From positions 104,720 to 168,719 of the forward strand of contig JBAYIY010000001.1 in the NCBI GenBank assembly GCA_041665365.1: a stretch of DNA of 64,000 nucleotides, given 5' to 3'. The notes below the pieces were generated by a model. The model searched no databases, was not told where the DNA came from, and was given only the letters and a program-made list of their open reading frames with translations. Positions 48,838-58,096 of this stretch are shown piece by piece. The translations under genes and the position numbers were made by a program. The stretch comes from Patescibacteria group bacterium (lineage in GTDB: Bacteria > Patescibacteriota > Patescibacteriia > UBA9570). Each line of letters starts with the position of its first letter. Within the stretch, counting starts at the first letter, position 1.

Positions 48838-50331
48838 CTATGAAGCAACTGAAGCTGATGGCTTGTTATCGTCTCTGGCATCAATAAGAATAATATTTTC
48901 TTGCCCACTCATTTCTAGTGCCTTAAGGATATGATCAACGCCGATTTTTTCCTGCTCAGAAAAATAGAAAATAACATAGATACCCTTATCGGTAGCATTC
49001 GCTTCTTTATAGATTTGCAATTGCTTTTGTAAATTTGTTCTCAGATGGGTGTTACTGGCTAATTTAAATTCGACCATTGTTTTATCGGCCGCGCCCATAG
49101 ACACCTTAAAATCAGCTGGGCCTCTACCATTATTGACCTCTGCATTAAAATCATACTCTGAACCATACCAAACCAGTTTAAAAACTATTTGAAAATCTGA
49201 CTCTCGTTTCACAGGATGACCATCAATATAAAATAGCTTATAGCCATCTTGTTTTTCAATAACATCCTTTAGATATTTAATTCTACGCATGCTTTCTGCG
49301 TACGAATTAATTGGCGTTCTTAAAAAATTGGTATTTTTACCAAGTAGCTTTAGAAGTTCCTTAGTATTCTCAATAAACAGTTGTTCAGAAAACTGAACCT
49401 TCAAATCACTTATTGCTTCAGCCTGGTCACCTGTTTTTTCTTTATAGCGAATGTAGTGGTCAATTACCTCAGGGAATTCTTTAATAGCTCTTTGTCCGGC
49501 TTCTTTCTTTTGTTTATCTTTAGAATCATCAGGAAGTACTTTTTGAAAATATCGATCTAAGTTACTTCTTAAGTTATCATCATCAATCGCATTTCCAATA
49601 CTTACAACTTCTTTTACTAAATCTGGATAATTAATCCAACTTTCATCTTTAGTCAATAAATCTTTCGGTGTCAAGATAATGTAGTCACCATTATATGTAG
49701 GAAGAATATATTGCTTTTGTACCCATGTTTCTGTTTTATAATTAAACCAGACTCTGCTTACCGCAAATTCTCTACATAACGCAGGATCAATATACTCCCT
49801 TGCAAACTGTGCCGTATACTCTAGTAAGAAACCTTTTATTAGATTAACAGTAAAATCACTTATACTATCTCTGCCAACACCCGGTTGAATAAGACCTAAT
49901 TTTTCAAGATGGCTACTAGCCGTAATTTGTTCTTCGCCAAAATTTCTTAAAATCGAAGACAACCCGGAATGCAGCGCCTTGGCAAATTTTGGTCCCAGGC
50001 CACGCCCCTTATTTCCGCCGACTGTGAAACCAAACCAATTCTGTTCAACTTCCTTAAAATGAAATAACTCTTTTCTTAAACCAGATGAGATAGTTTCATG
50101 CCTTATAGAAATTTCTCTCAAGAAACGAAGATACTTGAGAATTTCCAAATGTAAATTCTGATATACTTCCTTTTCACTGTGAAAAATTAAAAATGGATCA
50201 ATAAACAATGGTAGGTCAGTCACTAAACTTATATTAAACGCCCCGTATTCCTCTAAATGTTGTGGAGGCACCTTAAAATAGTCACTAAATAGTAGACTGG
50301 GCTCAGATGTAGGGAGTGTTTGAGCAATCAT
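48838..50331 (-). CDS. Hypothetical protein with C-terminal PD-(D/E)XK-like nuclease motif
   Basis: N-terminal DLPLFIDPFL; C-terminal EVNNGRGPADF...VEFKLASN. Confidence 0.68.
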   Translation of the reverse strand: MIAQTLPTSEPSLLFSDYFKVPPQHLEEYGAFNISLVTDLPLFIDPFLIFHSEKEVYQNLHLEILKYLRFLREISIRHETISSGLRKELFHFKEVEQNWFGFTVGGNKGRGLGPKFAKALHSGLSSILRNFGEEQITASSHLEKLGLIQPGVGRDSISDFTVNLIKGFLLEYTAQFAREYIDPALCREFAVSRVWFNYKTETWVQKQYILPTYNGDYIILTPKDLLTKDESWINYPDLVKEVVSIGNAIDDDNLRSNLDRYFQKVLPDDSKDKQKKEAGQRAIKEFPEVIDHYIRYKEKTGDQAEAISDLKVQFSEQLFIENTKELLKLLGKNTNFLRTPINSYAESMRRIKYLKDVIEKQDGYKLFYIDGHPVKRESDFQIVFKLVWYGSEYDFNAEVNNGRGPADFKVSMGAADKTMVEFKLASNTHLRTNLQKQLQIYKEANATDKGIYVIFYFSEQEKIGVDHILKALEMSGQENIILIDARDDNKPSASVAS

Positions 50332-50684
50332 ATTTAAACAAGTTCACCCTTAAACGCTTTTTGCATCAATGCTTGAAATTGGGTTTCTATTTTTACAGAT
50401 TGAACATGCATGGTTTGTTTTAGGGATTCTGTTTTTTATAAAATTTGAGCAAATTTCGTTTAAAACTTAATAAGTCTATTTGTTGAATTCTGAATAATTC
50501 CAAGTTTCATAATGATTATATTACTCCCTAATCGGTAACATTACTAATGTAAAAAGGATGCCCCGGACACAATCGTGAGATCATGCCGGGGCGAAGTACA
50601 GGAACGGATCACGTTGCCGTGACGGTGTTCACTGTTGGTCTGCGTTGCAAAGAACGAGCTGCTGCACCGTAGCCTTCCTAGGGT

Positions 50685-53486
50685 CTACAACCCATAGCCA
50701 TAGCTGAAGGTCCAAACACCAGTCTGGCTCCCGTTGGGGGTGATGGTGTCGGTGCAGTGGAGCAGAGCACCTCGCACGACGCAGATGCCGTCAGTGCCAT
50801 CACCGTCGAAGTCCGCGAAGTACCACTGGCTATCCAAGGTGGTATCACCGAAGGTGAACCAGTAGTCGTAGACCCCAGAGGTATTGTCGTCGACGTAGAA
50901 CCGGTTACCTTCACGGAAGATCAGGTCAGCCAGGCCGTCACCGTTGAGATCGGCCAGGTAGTAGTCGTCGGCTCCGTTGCCCGTACCGTAGTACAGGTAG
51001 GTGTCCATGATACCGTCGAGATTGCGGTCGATCTGGAGCTGGCTGCCAAAGCGAGCTGCGATGGTAGTGTGCCAGTACAAGAACTGGTCAGCGGACACGT
51101 CCGCATAGACCAACACGTAGTCGGCGATGCCGTCGGCACCCATGTAGTCGTAGTAGCTGGTGCGGCCGGAACGCCAGATGATGTATTCTCCCGTTCCGAT
51201 CACTTCGCCCGGAACCGTCCACGTGCCGTAGAGGCCGTCGTAGAGGCAGAGCAAGGTGGTTGCACGCCGGACGCAGGGATCATCGTCACCGTTGCCGTCG
51301 AAGTCGAAGAAGATGTATTGATCCTCGAAGAGGAAATCTTCATCGATCTCGCCGTCACAGTCGTTGTCGAGGTCGTCGAGGAGTTCGGGAGCACCCGGAT
51401 AGGTGTGGTCAGCCGTGTCGTCGCAGTCGCCGTTGGTGCTGGACCAACCATCGTAGTCGTTGTCACCGACTTCGTCGGTCACCCCGTCACAATCGTTGTC
51501 GAGACCGTCGGGAATCTCTACGGCATAGGGGTTGATGTTGTTGCTCTGTTCGGAGCAGTCACCCTGGTCGTAGGACCAACCGTCACCGTCGAGGTCGAAG
51601 GCTTCGTCGATCAGGGCATCACAGTCGTTGTCGAAGGTGTCCCACAGTTCCGGGGCACCCGGGTAGGTGTGGTCGGCCGTGTCGTCGCAGTCGCCGTCGT
51701 CGGGGGTGTAGGAGTCGTAGTCCTGATCCAGATCGTTGTCAGCCACTTCGATGTAGACGAATGGAGCAGTGCAGTCAGACTGCAGACCACCAAAGTTGCC
51801 GAACAGCAACGTGCCATCCGTCGGCAGGTTGCTGACGATGTCCTGCTGATCTCCCTGTTCTTCGAAGGTCGTGGCACTGGTGTGCTGACCCAAGTAGAGC
51901 GTGCCGGAACTGTTCAGACGGAGCAGATCAGGGTAGTCGTCGTTGTAGTCGAGCGGGTAGACGAAGTAGTCTCCGTCGGTGCCACCGACATCGTTGGCCA
52001 TCGTACTGACACTCAGCCACTGCAGCGTGCTGCTGTACTGGGCCAGGTAGGCTTCCACGGTGCTGTTCGTTTCGTCGATCCGCAGGAAGTCGTCCCGGCC
52101 ATCGGCATCGGCATTGAGGTTCGACACGAGGTAGGTGTTGCTGGGTGAACCCCAACCGGTCGCGATGGTCGCACTGTTTCCAGTTGTATCCAAGCGCTGC
52201 CAGCCCAGTTCGACTCCACCGCTGTTGGTGGTGCCGACCAGGATTTCACCCTTACCGTTACCGTTGAAGTCTCCGACCAAGAAGTGACTGTCGGTGGAAC
52301 CGAAGGACTCACTCCAGGTGGTCAGGTCAGCGAAGTCGCTGCCGATGTTGGTGCCGATCCGCCACTTGATGCTGCTCCCATTGGGATAGCCGAGTACCAG
52401 GTCCAGATCGTCGTCGTTGTCCATGTCGGTCAGGAAGGCGTGGCTGTAGCCGTTGTTGGCCTTCAGCCAGCGATCGCGACCGACGAAGGTGCCATCACCG
52501 TTGCTGACGTACACCTGAACGTAGGTGTAGTTGCCGTTGTCCGTGACGTTGACGATATCGTCGTTACCGTCATTGTCCAGGTCGCCTACCAGCCAGGTGT
52601 TGACGTTGTTGGTGTTGCCCAGGCCAGTCATGGTGTAGCTACTGTCGGGCAGCTTGAGGCTGACGCTGTTCCCAGAACCGGTGTGGTAGTAGGGTTTGAT
52701 GGTGAAGGTGTGGGTACTGGCGTCTGCGGTGACGGTGAGCAGGTGAATGGTGTAAACGTCGGAGGTGCAGGTGGAGACTTCGGCATTGTAGGTCGGAGGA
52801 CAGCTGGCCCAGAGGTAGTCTGAGTCAGTTGCTGCATCGCAGTCGAAGTCCGAATGCTGGCTGGAAGTGCCTTCGTTGGGACAGCCATTCGGGATATCAC
52901 AGCAGGTAGCGTTGTCGTCATTGAGGTTGTAGGGATCGAGCCAGTAGTCATGACTGAGGTACTGAAGTGATCCGTAGTCCTGAACGCCGAAATGGAGATG
53001 CGCGCCGTCAGAGTAGCCCGAGTTACCCATTTGACCGATGAGGGTGTTGGAACTGACGGAGTTGCCGACCGCCACGGTGATAGAACCAGACACGAGATGA
53101 GTGTACTTGGTGGTGTAGTCGTAGATGCTGTCACCATCCACATCATGCTTGATATCCACGAAGCAGCCCCAAGTAGGATTTCCATTGGGGTACGTATTAG
53201 GACAGTCACTGTTCTGGATATTAGACACGACACCAGAAGCGGCGGCGTAGACGTTGTCGCCTTCGTCGCCGTCGAAGTCATATCCACCGTGGCTCGCGGG
53301 CAACGGATAATAATCGACTTCATACTGCGCGGCAGAACAACTCACACTGTAGTTCCAGGCACCGCCATTGATCTCGACGCTGTTGTTGTGGATCGGCAGA
53401 ACGAAGGGACCATAGGCCAGAGCCTTGGTGGTGGGCAAGAAGAAGCCCAGGATCATGAGAAGCAGAACGAACAGAGGCTTGCGCAT
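50685..53486 (-). CDS. Secreted M23 peptidase with FG-GAP and MopE-like repeats, high GC
   Basis: Signal peptide; HGGYD and AHLH Zn motifs; GDxxxDGxxD repeats; DCDD...PGAPE...DNDCD repeats. Confidence 0.85.
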   Translation of the reverse strand: MRKPLFVLLLMILGFFLPTTKALAYGPFVLPIHNNSVEINGGAWNYSVSCSAAQYEVDYYPLPASHGGYDFDGDEGDNVYAAASGVVSNIQNSDCPNTYPNGNPTWGCFVDIKHDVDGDSIYDYTTKYTHLVSGSITVAVGNSVSSNTLIGQMGNSGYSDGAHLHFGVQDYGSLQYLSHDYWLDPYNLNDDNATCCDIPNGCPNEGTSSQHSDFDCDAATDSDYLWASCPPTYNAEVSTCTSDVYTIHLLTVTADASTHTFTIKPYYHTGSGNSVSLKLPDSSYTMTGLGNTNNVNTWLVGDLDNDGNDDIVNVTDNGNYTYVQVYVSNGDGTFVGRDRWLKANNGYSHAFLTDMDNDDDLDLVLGYPNGSSIKWRIGTNIGSDFADLTTWSESFGSTDSHFLVGDFNGNGKGEILVGTTNSGGVELGWQRLDTTGNSATIATGWGSPSNTYLVSNLNADADGRDDFLRIDETNSTVEAYLAQYSSTLQWLSVSTMANDVGGTDGDYFVYPLDYNDDYPDLLRLNSSGTLYLGQHTSATTFEEQGDQQDIVSNLPTDGTLLFGNFGGLQSDCTAPFVYIEVADNDLDQDYDSYTPDDGDCDDTADHTYPGAPELWDTFDNDCDALIDEAFDLDGDGWSYDQGDCSEQSNNINPYAVEIPDGLDNDCDGVTDEVGDNDYDGWSSTNGDCDDTADHTYPGAPELLDDLDNDCDGEIDEDFLFEDQYIFFDFDGNGDDDPCVRRATTLLCLYDGLYGTWTVPGEVIGTGEYIIWRSGRTSYYDYMGADGIADYVLVYADVSADQFLYWHTTIAARFGSQLQIDRNLDGIMDTYLYYGTGNGADDYYLADLNGDGLADLIFREGNRFYVDDNTSGVYDYWFTFGDTTLDSQWYFADFDGDGTDGICVVRGALLHCTDTITPNGSQTGVWTFSYGYGL

Positions 53487-53620
53487 TGGAGTTTCCTTTT
53501 GACTTTGAATTGTCAACGTACTATCTTGCTGTAGCCTTGTATGGCGAGCAAGTCAGGGTGAGGATTCACCGCTGAAGCCATCTCATCAATCCGGTGCTGA
53601 TGAGATGAATCAGGAGTGAA

Positions 53621-54388
53621 TTAGAATTGTAAAGAGTTCAATAGTGTGTCAGGATCTATACCGGTAGCGGCTTCATCTGTTAACCTAATTTCTAATGTTT
53701 TTTCGTCTGAGTCTAAGTAATAATACTCAGCTACATCTTGAAGTTTATGGTCTTCATCGACTGGATAATTACCAGTTAGTCCTTGCACTCTAAAATTTTC
53801 TCCATAATATTGCTGGACTGAGTAGGTAGTTTCATTGACTACATTGTCATAACTACCGTCTGGCCTGGGTCCGAGTACAGATTGAACAGAATTGATTTCA
53901 CTCGTTGTTGGGTGAGCAACAATACTATCGAAAAGAGTAATTCTTACTGGATCTATCTGTAAATCAGTTCTATCAATCATAAATACAGCGCCGGCATCGT
54001 CAATAAAGTCGGCTCGGGTTGATTTACTAACACTTACTGAATAAATTTTTGGATACTTAAAACTAAACCCATACTCCTCATTCGTATAAGTTAGCCAATC
54101 GCTGGTATCGAGAACCCCTTCATCAACTGTGACTTGCTCCCAATCACTAGTATCTACTTCACTTACTATTTCTGTATTTGTATTCTCATTGGTTAAATTG
54201 GTATTTTCATTAACTACAGTGACATTTATATTTTCGTTGGTATTCACTTCGGCATTTGTATTCACTGGGTTTACATTAACAATCTCATTAGTGACGGCCA
54301 CCGTATTTACATTCGTCGATGGACCCGCACACCCAGTCAGTGTCAGAGCAAAAACTGCTGCTGTAGTTAAAAATAGTTTTTCTTTCAT
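53621..54388 (-). CDS. Lipoprotein (PsbP-like CPR surface protein)
   Basis: LTGC lipobox, N/T-rich linker, DTSDWLTYTNEEYGFSFKYP. Confidence 0.72.
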   Translation of the reverse strand: MKEKLFLTTAAVFALTLTGCAGPSTNVNTVAVTNEIVNVNPVNTNAEVNTNENINVTVVNENTNLTNENTNTEIVSEVDTSDWEQVTVDEGVLDTSDWLTYTNEEYGFSFKYPKIYSVSVSKSTRADFIDDAGAVFMIDRTDLQIDPVRITLFDSIVAHPTTSEINSVQSVLGPRPDGSYDNVVNETTYSVQQYYGENFRVQGLTGNYPVDEDHKLQDVAEYYYLDSDEKTLEIRLTDEAATGIDPDTLLNSLQF

Positions 54389-54433
54389 AGGTATTTATTA
54401 ATAAGGTGTGTTAGAGAACAAATATTTACATAT

Positions 54434-55204
54434 CTAATAAATTCTTTCCGGATACCTGACCATTTCACCTATAGTCTTTTCCGGCACCTTAACAACATGA
54501 TTCTGTATATAGGTAAGTAACTGGCTATTGGACATGACAGTCAAATCATCAATCTCATCGATATCTGGAATAAAATATAATTTACCATCACTCTCGGCTG
54601 CCATGATGACACGTCCAACTAAACGTTGCTGTAAATTATCATATAGTTCCTCACGACCCATAAGAACATCACTACAAGCTGCTCCCTCGCCATAGTCTAG
54701 ACAAGCTAGTGCTTGAATATCTAAATCTGATGCAGGCGTAACACGAGAATCACCTTTAATCGCAGTTTCTAAAAACGCCGAATAAATGTTTTTTAATTTC
54801 AATTTGTGTTTATAACCATCAGCTACCCAGTAATATCTATTTTTTTTAACCTGATAAAAACCATCAGGTAAATATCTGTAACGTATTGGTAAAATATCAG
54901 AGGTATCTACCAAGTACATTTCCCCAGCATGCTGGGCACGTAAAATAACTCTGCCTTCTAAATCCTCCCATATAGGGTCACACAATCGTCCTAATGCAGT
55001 TGTGATTGCATCACTAGATGCGCTGTCGGCTACATTGTAACAACGACTATCTAACAACTCTTTATAAGAAGATTCACTAATACCAATGATGTCAGGGGTA
55101 AGATTAACCACTGCCATAGCGTTAGTTAAGGATGGTAGTACTAACGCAAGTACCAATAAACTAGCAGTTAGGGTGGAAATGAGGATGGTTTTGGGTTGGG
55201 TCAT
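54434..55204 (-). CDS. Secreted hypothetical protein
   Basis: Signal peptide; two GRVI...GxxY repeats resembling those in 9313-10326. Confidence 0.65.
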   Translation of the reverse strand: MTQPKTILISTLTASLLVLALVLPSLTNAMAVVNLTPDIIGISESSYKELLDSRCYNVADSASSDAITTALGRLCDPIWEDLEGRVILRAQHAGEMYLVDTSDILPIRYRYLPDGFYQVKKNRYYWVADGYKHKLKLKNIYSAFLETAIKGDSRVTPASDLDIQALACLDYGEGAACSDVLMGREELYDNLQQRLVGRVIMAAESDGKLYFIPDIDEIDDLTVMSNSQLLTYIQNHVVKVPEKTIGEMVRYPERIY

Positions 55205-55348
55205 AGGGTCGTATAGATGAAAAAACGTCCAGTAACAGCTACAGATGGTTAGATCTGCATATTGTTAAGGTGGACGCCTTTAAGATTGTTAATAAAATGT
55301 ACCTCAAGTATAGCACGCGCCCATACGGTGTACAGGGTATTAATAAGC

Positions 55349-56122
55349 TCATTCGCTTCGACCTACTACCACATTATTATGCTGCGTAACAAGCTCTGGT
55401 TTAATCTTTTGACGCTTAAAAATCGTATTGGGAACACCAGGTTGTTCAAACGCTATTTTTTCAACAATAATCTGGTAAATGGATGCAAAAATATCCTCGT
55501 CAGAAAATGTTAGTCCAGCTTTCTTTTTGAGGGCACGGCGTAAGAGATTACCAACCTCTGTGGAATAAAGGTACTTGCACAGATTATTTGGCTCGAGTGC
55601 CTGAAACCGAAGCCAGAAATCATCCAGCTCATTTTTCAACATGCTGCGTTTGGTCATCATCGCAAAATACTCAATGGATTGTTTGAGTTGGGCTTTATCC
55701 TTGAGGTCAAATGAACAGATGCGTTTATGCGTAATCGGTTTTTTAAAGACTACTCGATACAGTGAAAAGACTCTGCCGTTAGTGAGTAACACCCAGTCTA
55801 CACCTTCATTAGCGGCATAATTAATGGATTGGTAAATATGCTTATCCGACAAATCAATCTGGATAGCTTTCACTTCAACGATGATATACTTTTTGCGTTG
55901 GACTTGGATAATGTAATCAGCGTAGGTATTATTGATCTGGTACTCTGTTTTAATCTCATCCAGTTCAGCATAACCCAGTACCTCTGTTAGAAAACTATTA
56001 ATCATCAGGCGAGTAGCTGACTCATCTAACGTCTCGTATTTCTTCGACAGGTAACGCTTAGCATACTCTTTGAGTCGTTTAGCTATTTGGTCTTTTTGAG
56101 TTTGTGTAGGCATAGTGATCAA
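55349..56122 (-). CDS. Type I restriction HsdR-N-like nuclease domain protein
   Basis: ESATR, EVLGY, ADY...VEVKA, QSINYA, LTNG. Confidence 0.82.
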   Translation of the reverse strand: MITMPTQTQKDQIAKRLKEYAKRYLSKKYETLDESATRLMINSFLTEVLGYAELDEIKTEYQINNTYADYIIQVQRKKYIIVEVKAIQIDLSDKHIYQSINYAANEGVDWVLLTNGRVFSLYRVVFKKPITHKRICSFDLKDKAQLKQSIEYFAMMTKRSMLKNELDDFWLRFQALEPNNLCKYLYSTEVGNLLRRALKKKAGLTFSDEDIFASIYQIIVEKIAFEQPGVPNTIFKRQKIKPELVTQHNNVVVGRSE

Positions 56123-56125
56123 AAG

Positions 56126-57058
56126 TTATAAGGAAAGCATTAACTCACCCTCAACTAGTCCAGCACGAATGCTCGGGTGGATAGATTGGTATTCAGTATT
56201 ATCCTGCATAGTTTGGTAGATGGGCTGAAACTCTAAGTTTTCCCAGTTAAACTTTTCAAATGTCTCTTTTCCCATCTGCAAACCAACTGCATCTTTTATA
56301 GATTCAGCTCCAAATTCGTCAACGAATGGCACCTGGTAAGAGATGTCAACATACTCTACCCCATCAACCCTGAAAGCCTCCTGACCAAATTTGATGAAGT
56401 CAGTATATGTATCTTCGACTAAGTCTTGCTCGTCCCAAAAGGTATCTTGTGTACGTGTTAGCCATGCTGTCTTATATTCCTCGTCCCATTGCACATCATA
56501 ACCATTGCGTGTCCTGATGCTATCGTCTAAAGCAATCCAGAGTTTATCTAGTGTCGTTGGTTCCGGCTTAGGTTCTTCTTTGACTTCTTCAACCACAGCG
56601 GGAGCAACTTCTTCTTGAACGGGTTCCTGGACCACATTGGTATTTGATACAACGGGAGCATTAACTACATCTGCCGTATTGGTATCTTCGTTTGGTACCA
56701 CTTCGTTCGTATTCACTACTGCGTTAGTAGCTACGTTGGTATTCTTATTAGTGTTTTGAGCTATTTTAGCTGTATTGTCCGTCGAGCTCGGAAAAGTAAA
56801 TATTGATGCTGCAATGAAAAACGTACCTATAAAGAAAGCCATGAGACGAGGTATTTTTTTATGAATTATACTCTCAAACCATTGACGTGATGGTGGAAGC
56901 AGTAACAACCCGAGCAGTAGCATGGCTAGTCCTGATACAATGCTGCTAAACACGAGCAAGATACTGATGAATATAATGACGATGCCAAATACCCATCCAA
57001 GGATGTGGTTACCTTCTTTGGCGGAAGGTGTTGTGACTTGCGAATTTTCGCTGGCCAT
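56126..57058 (-). CDS. Membrane protein with extracellular domain
   Basis: Three N-terminal TM segments, N/T/P-rich linker, acidic C-terminal domain. Confidence 0.68.
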   Translation of the reverse strand: MASENSQVTTPSAKEGNHILGWVFGIVIIFISILLVFSSIVSGLAMLLLGLLLLPPSRQWFESIIHKKIPRLMAFFIGTFFIAASIFTFPSSTDNTAKIAQNTNKNTNVATNAVVNTNEVVPNEDTNTADVVNAPVVSNTNVVQEPVQEEVAPAVVEEVKEEPKPEPTTLDKLWIALDDSIRTRNGYDVQWDEEYKTAWLTRTQDTFWDEQDLVEDTYTDFIKFGQEAFRVDGVEYVDISYQVPFVDEFGAESIKDAVGLQMGKETFEKFNWENLEFQPIYQTMQDNTEYQSIHPSIRAGLVEGELMLSL

Positions 57059-57066
57059 ATTGTTGT

Positions 57067-57216
57067 GTAGTTAGGGATTTGTTAGATTGGTTCAGAAAAC
57101 ACAAAGGGTCCCCTGAACCAGCGACAGCCCTTACGGAACTGCCACCCATCCTTTCGAATGGGTACCCTAACTACAAGATGCTGATCAGGAGACCTTCTCT
57201 ACGTAGTTAGGGATTT
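57067..57216 (-). ncRNA. Candidate structured 5' leader RNA
   Basis: Long closing stem, two GNRA-capped hairpins, and a repeated box with its internal complement. Confidence 0.5.
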
Positions 57217-57390
57217 ATAACCATGCCGCTGGAAATCAACGGTTTAGGCCATTAAATTGTATTTAAAGTATAGCTTGAAAAGCACCAGAAAGAAAGTCTG
57301 GGATTTTGAAGTTACCAACAATCACCCCATTCAAGCCACGTGCAAGCATGTGGGGTTTTAGACCCAAACTGGGACACTGACTCACAAAAC

Positions 57391-57419
57391 AAAAATCCTC
57401 GCGGTGTACGAGGACTTTT
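57391..57419 (-). terminator. Terminator downstream of tRNA-Gln
   Basis: GUCCUCG-loop-CGAGGAU followed by a U run. Confidence 0.65.
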
Positions 57420-57466
57420 GAGAGGATGAGGTTGATGGGTCACCTCCAGAACTTTCTGAAATCAAG

Positions 57467-57539
57467 CTGGGGCGGTAGGGTTCGAACCTACGAAATGGCG
57501 GCGCCAAAGGCCGCTGCCTTACCACTTGGCTACGCCCCA
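57467..57539 (-). tRNA. tRNA-Gln(TTG), island integration site
   Basis: UGGGGCG/CGCCCCA acceptor stem, GCGGC-CUUUGGC-GCCGC anticodon arm, GUAGG-UUCGAAC-CCUAC T arm. Confidence 0.93.
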
Positions 57540-57594
57540 ATGTAAATAAACGCTATTTGTATATACCATATACTTGTTTTGTGTTCAAGTGATT

Positions 57595-58095
57595 ACACCT
57601 ATCCCCCGGCCCCTTTCCTAAACAGGAAAGGGGTGTTAGACTACGGTTAGAAAAGCGCTGCCGAAGTTTGGGGCGCTATTATGTTAATACAGGGTTATCA
57701 TCCACATAAACTTAGCTATGATCGCAAACTACGATCAATCGCTGAACAATTTAGAGATAATGCCACTGAGGCTGAACAACTCTTATGGAAAAGTTTAAAA
57801 GGTAAACGTTTAGGCTATAAGTTTCGCCGACAACATCCTTTACATGGATTTATTGTTGATTTTTATTGTTATGAATTAATGTTGGTAATTGAACTAGACG
57901 GTCCAATTCATCAAGATCAAAAAGAACGCGATTCTTTAAGAGATATAACCTTATCCCATCATGGCTTCAAAACATTGCGCTTCAGTAACGAAATAGTACT
58001 AACTGAATTACATTCAGTTATAAAAAAGATTTTCGATCACACTTCTTCCACCTCCCCCTTTCCTGCATAGGAAAGGGGGCCGGGGGGATAGGTGT
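57595..58095. mobile_element. DUF559 endonuclease element with palindromic terminal inverted repeats
   Basis: acacctatcccccggcccctttcct at left, aggaaagggggccggggggataggtgt at right; each end also forms a hairpin. Confidence 0.7.
57681..58070 (+). CDS. DUF559 (Vsr-like) endonuclease
   Basis: TEAEQLLW, FRRQHP, FIVDFYC, IELDGPIH, RD, LRFSN. Confidence 0.88.
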   Translation: MLIQGYHPHKLSYDRKLRSIAEQFRDNATEAEQLLWKSLKGKRLGYKFRRQHPLHGFIVDFYCYELMLVIELDGPIHQDQKERDSLRDITLSHHGFKTLRFSNEIVLTELHSVIKKIFDHTSSTSPFPA

Positions 58096-58096
58096 T

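Larger units (their letters stand above)
29558..57486. mobile_element. Composite genomic island at the tRNA-Gln 3' end
   Basis: Right border is the tRNA-Gln 3' end; left border inferred from the half-site at 29558; contains a serine recombinase, repeated modules, defence-like genes and GC-atypical cargo. Confidence 0.7.

Noticed and set aside
50757-53534. Long plus-strand ORFs (463, 179 and 180 aa) and alternate-frame ORFs
   Set aside because: They are antisense or off-frame shadows of the GC-rich M23/FG-GAP gene and have no recognisable motifs.
42748-56122. Classical restriction-modification system formed by the MTases and the HsdR-N-like gene
   Set aside because: The MTases are the phage ParB-linked type and lie over 10 kb away; there is no HsdS, HsdM or helicase motor.
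57421-57436. GGATGAGGTT resembling the attC tail at about 31047-31056
   Set aside because: It is in the opposite orientation, has no GTTRRRY match and no partner RYYYAAC; probably coincidental.
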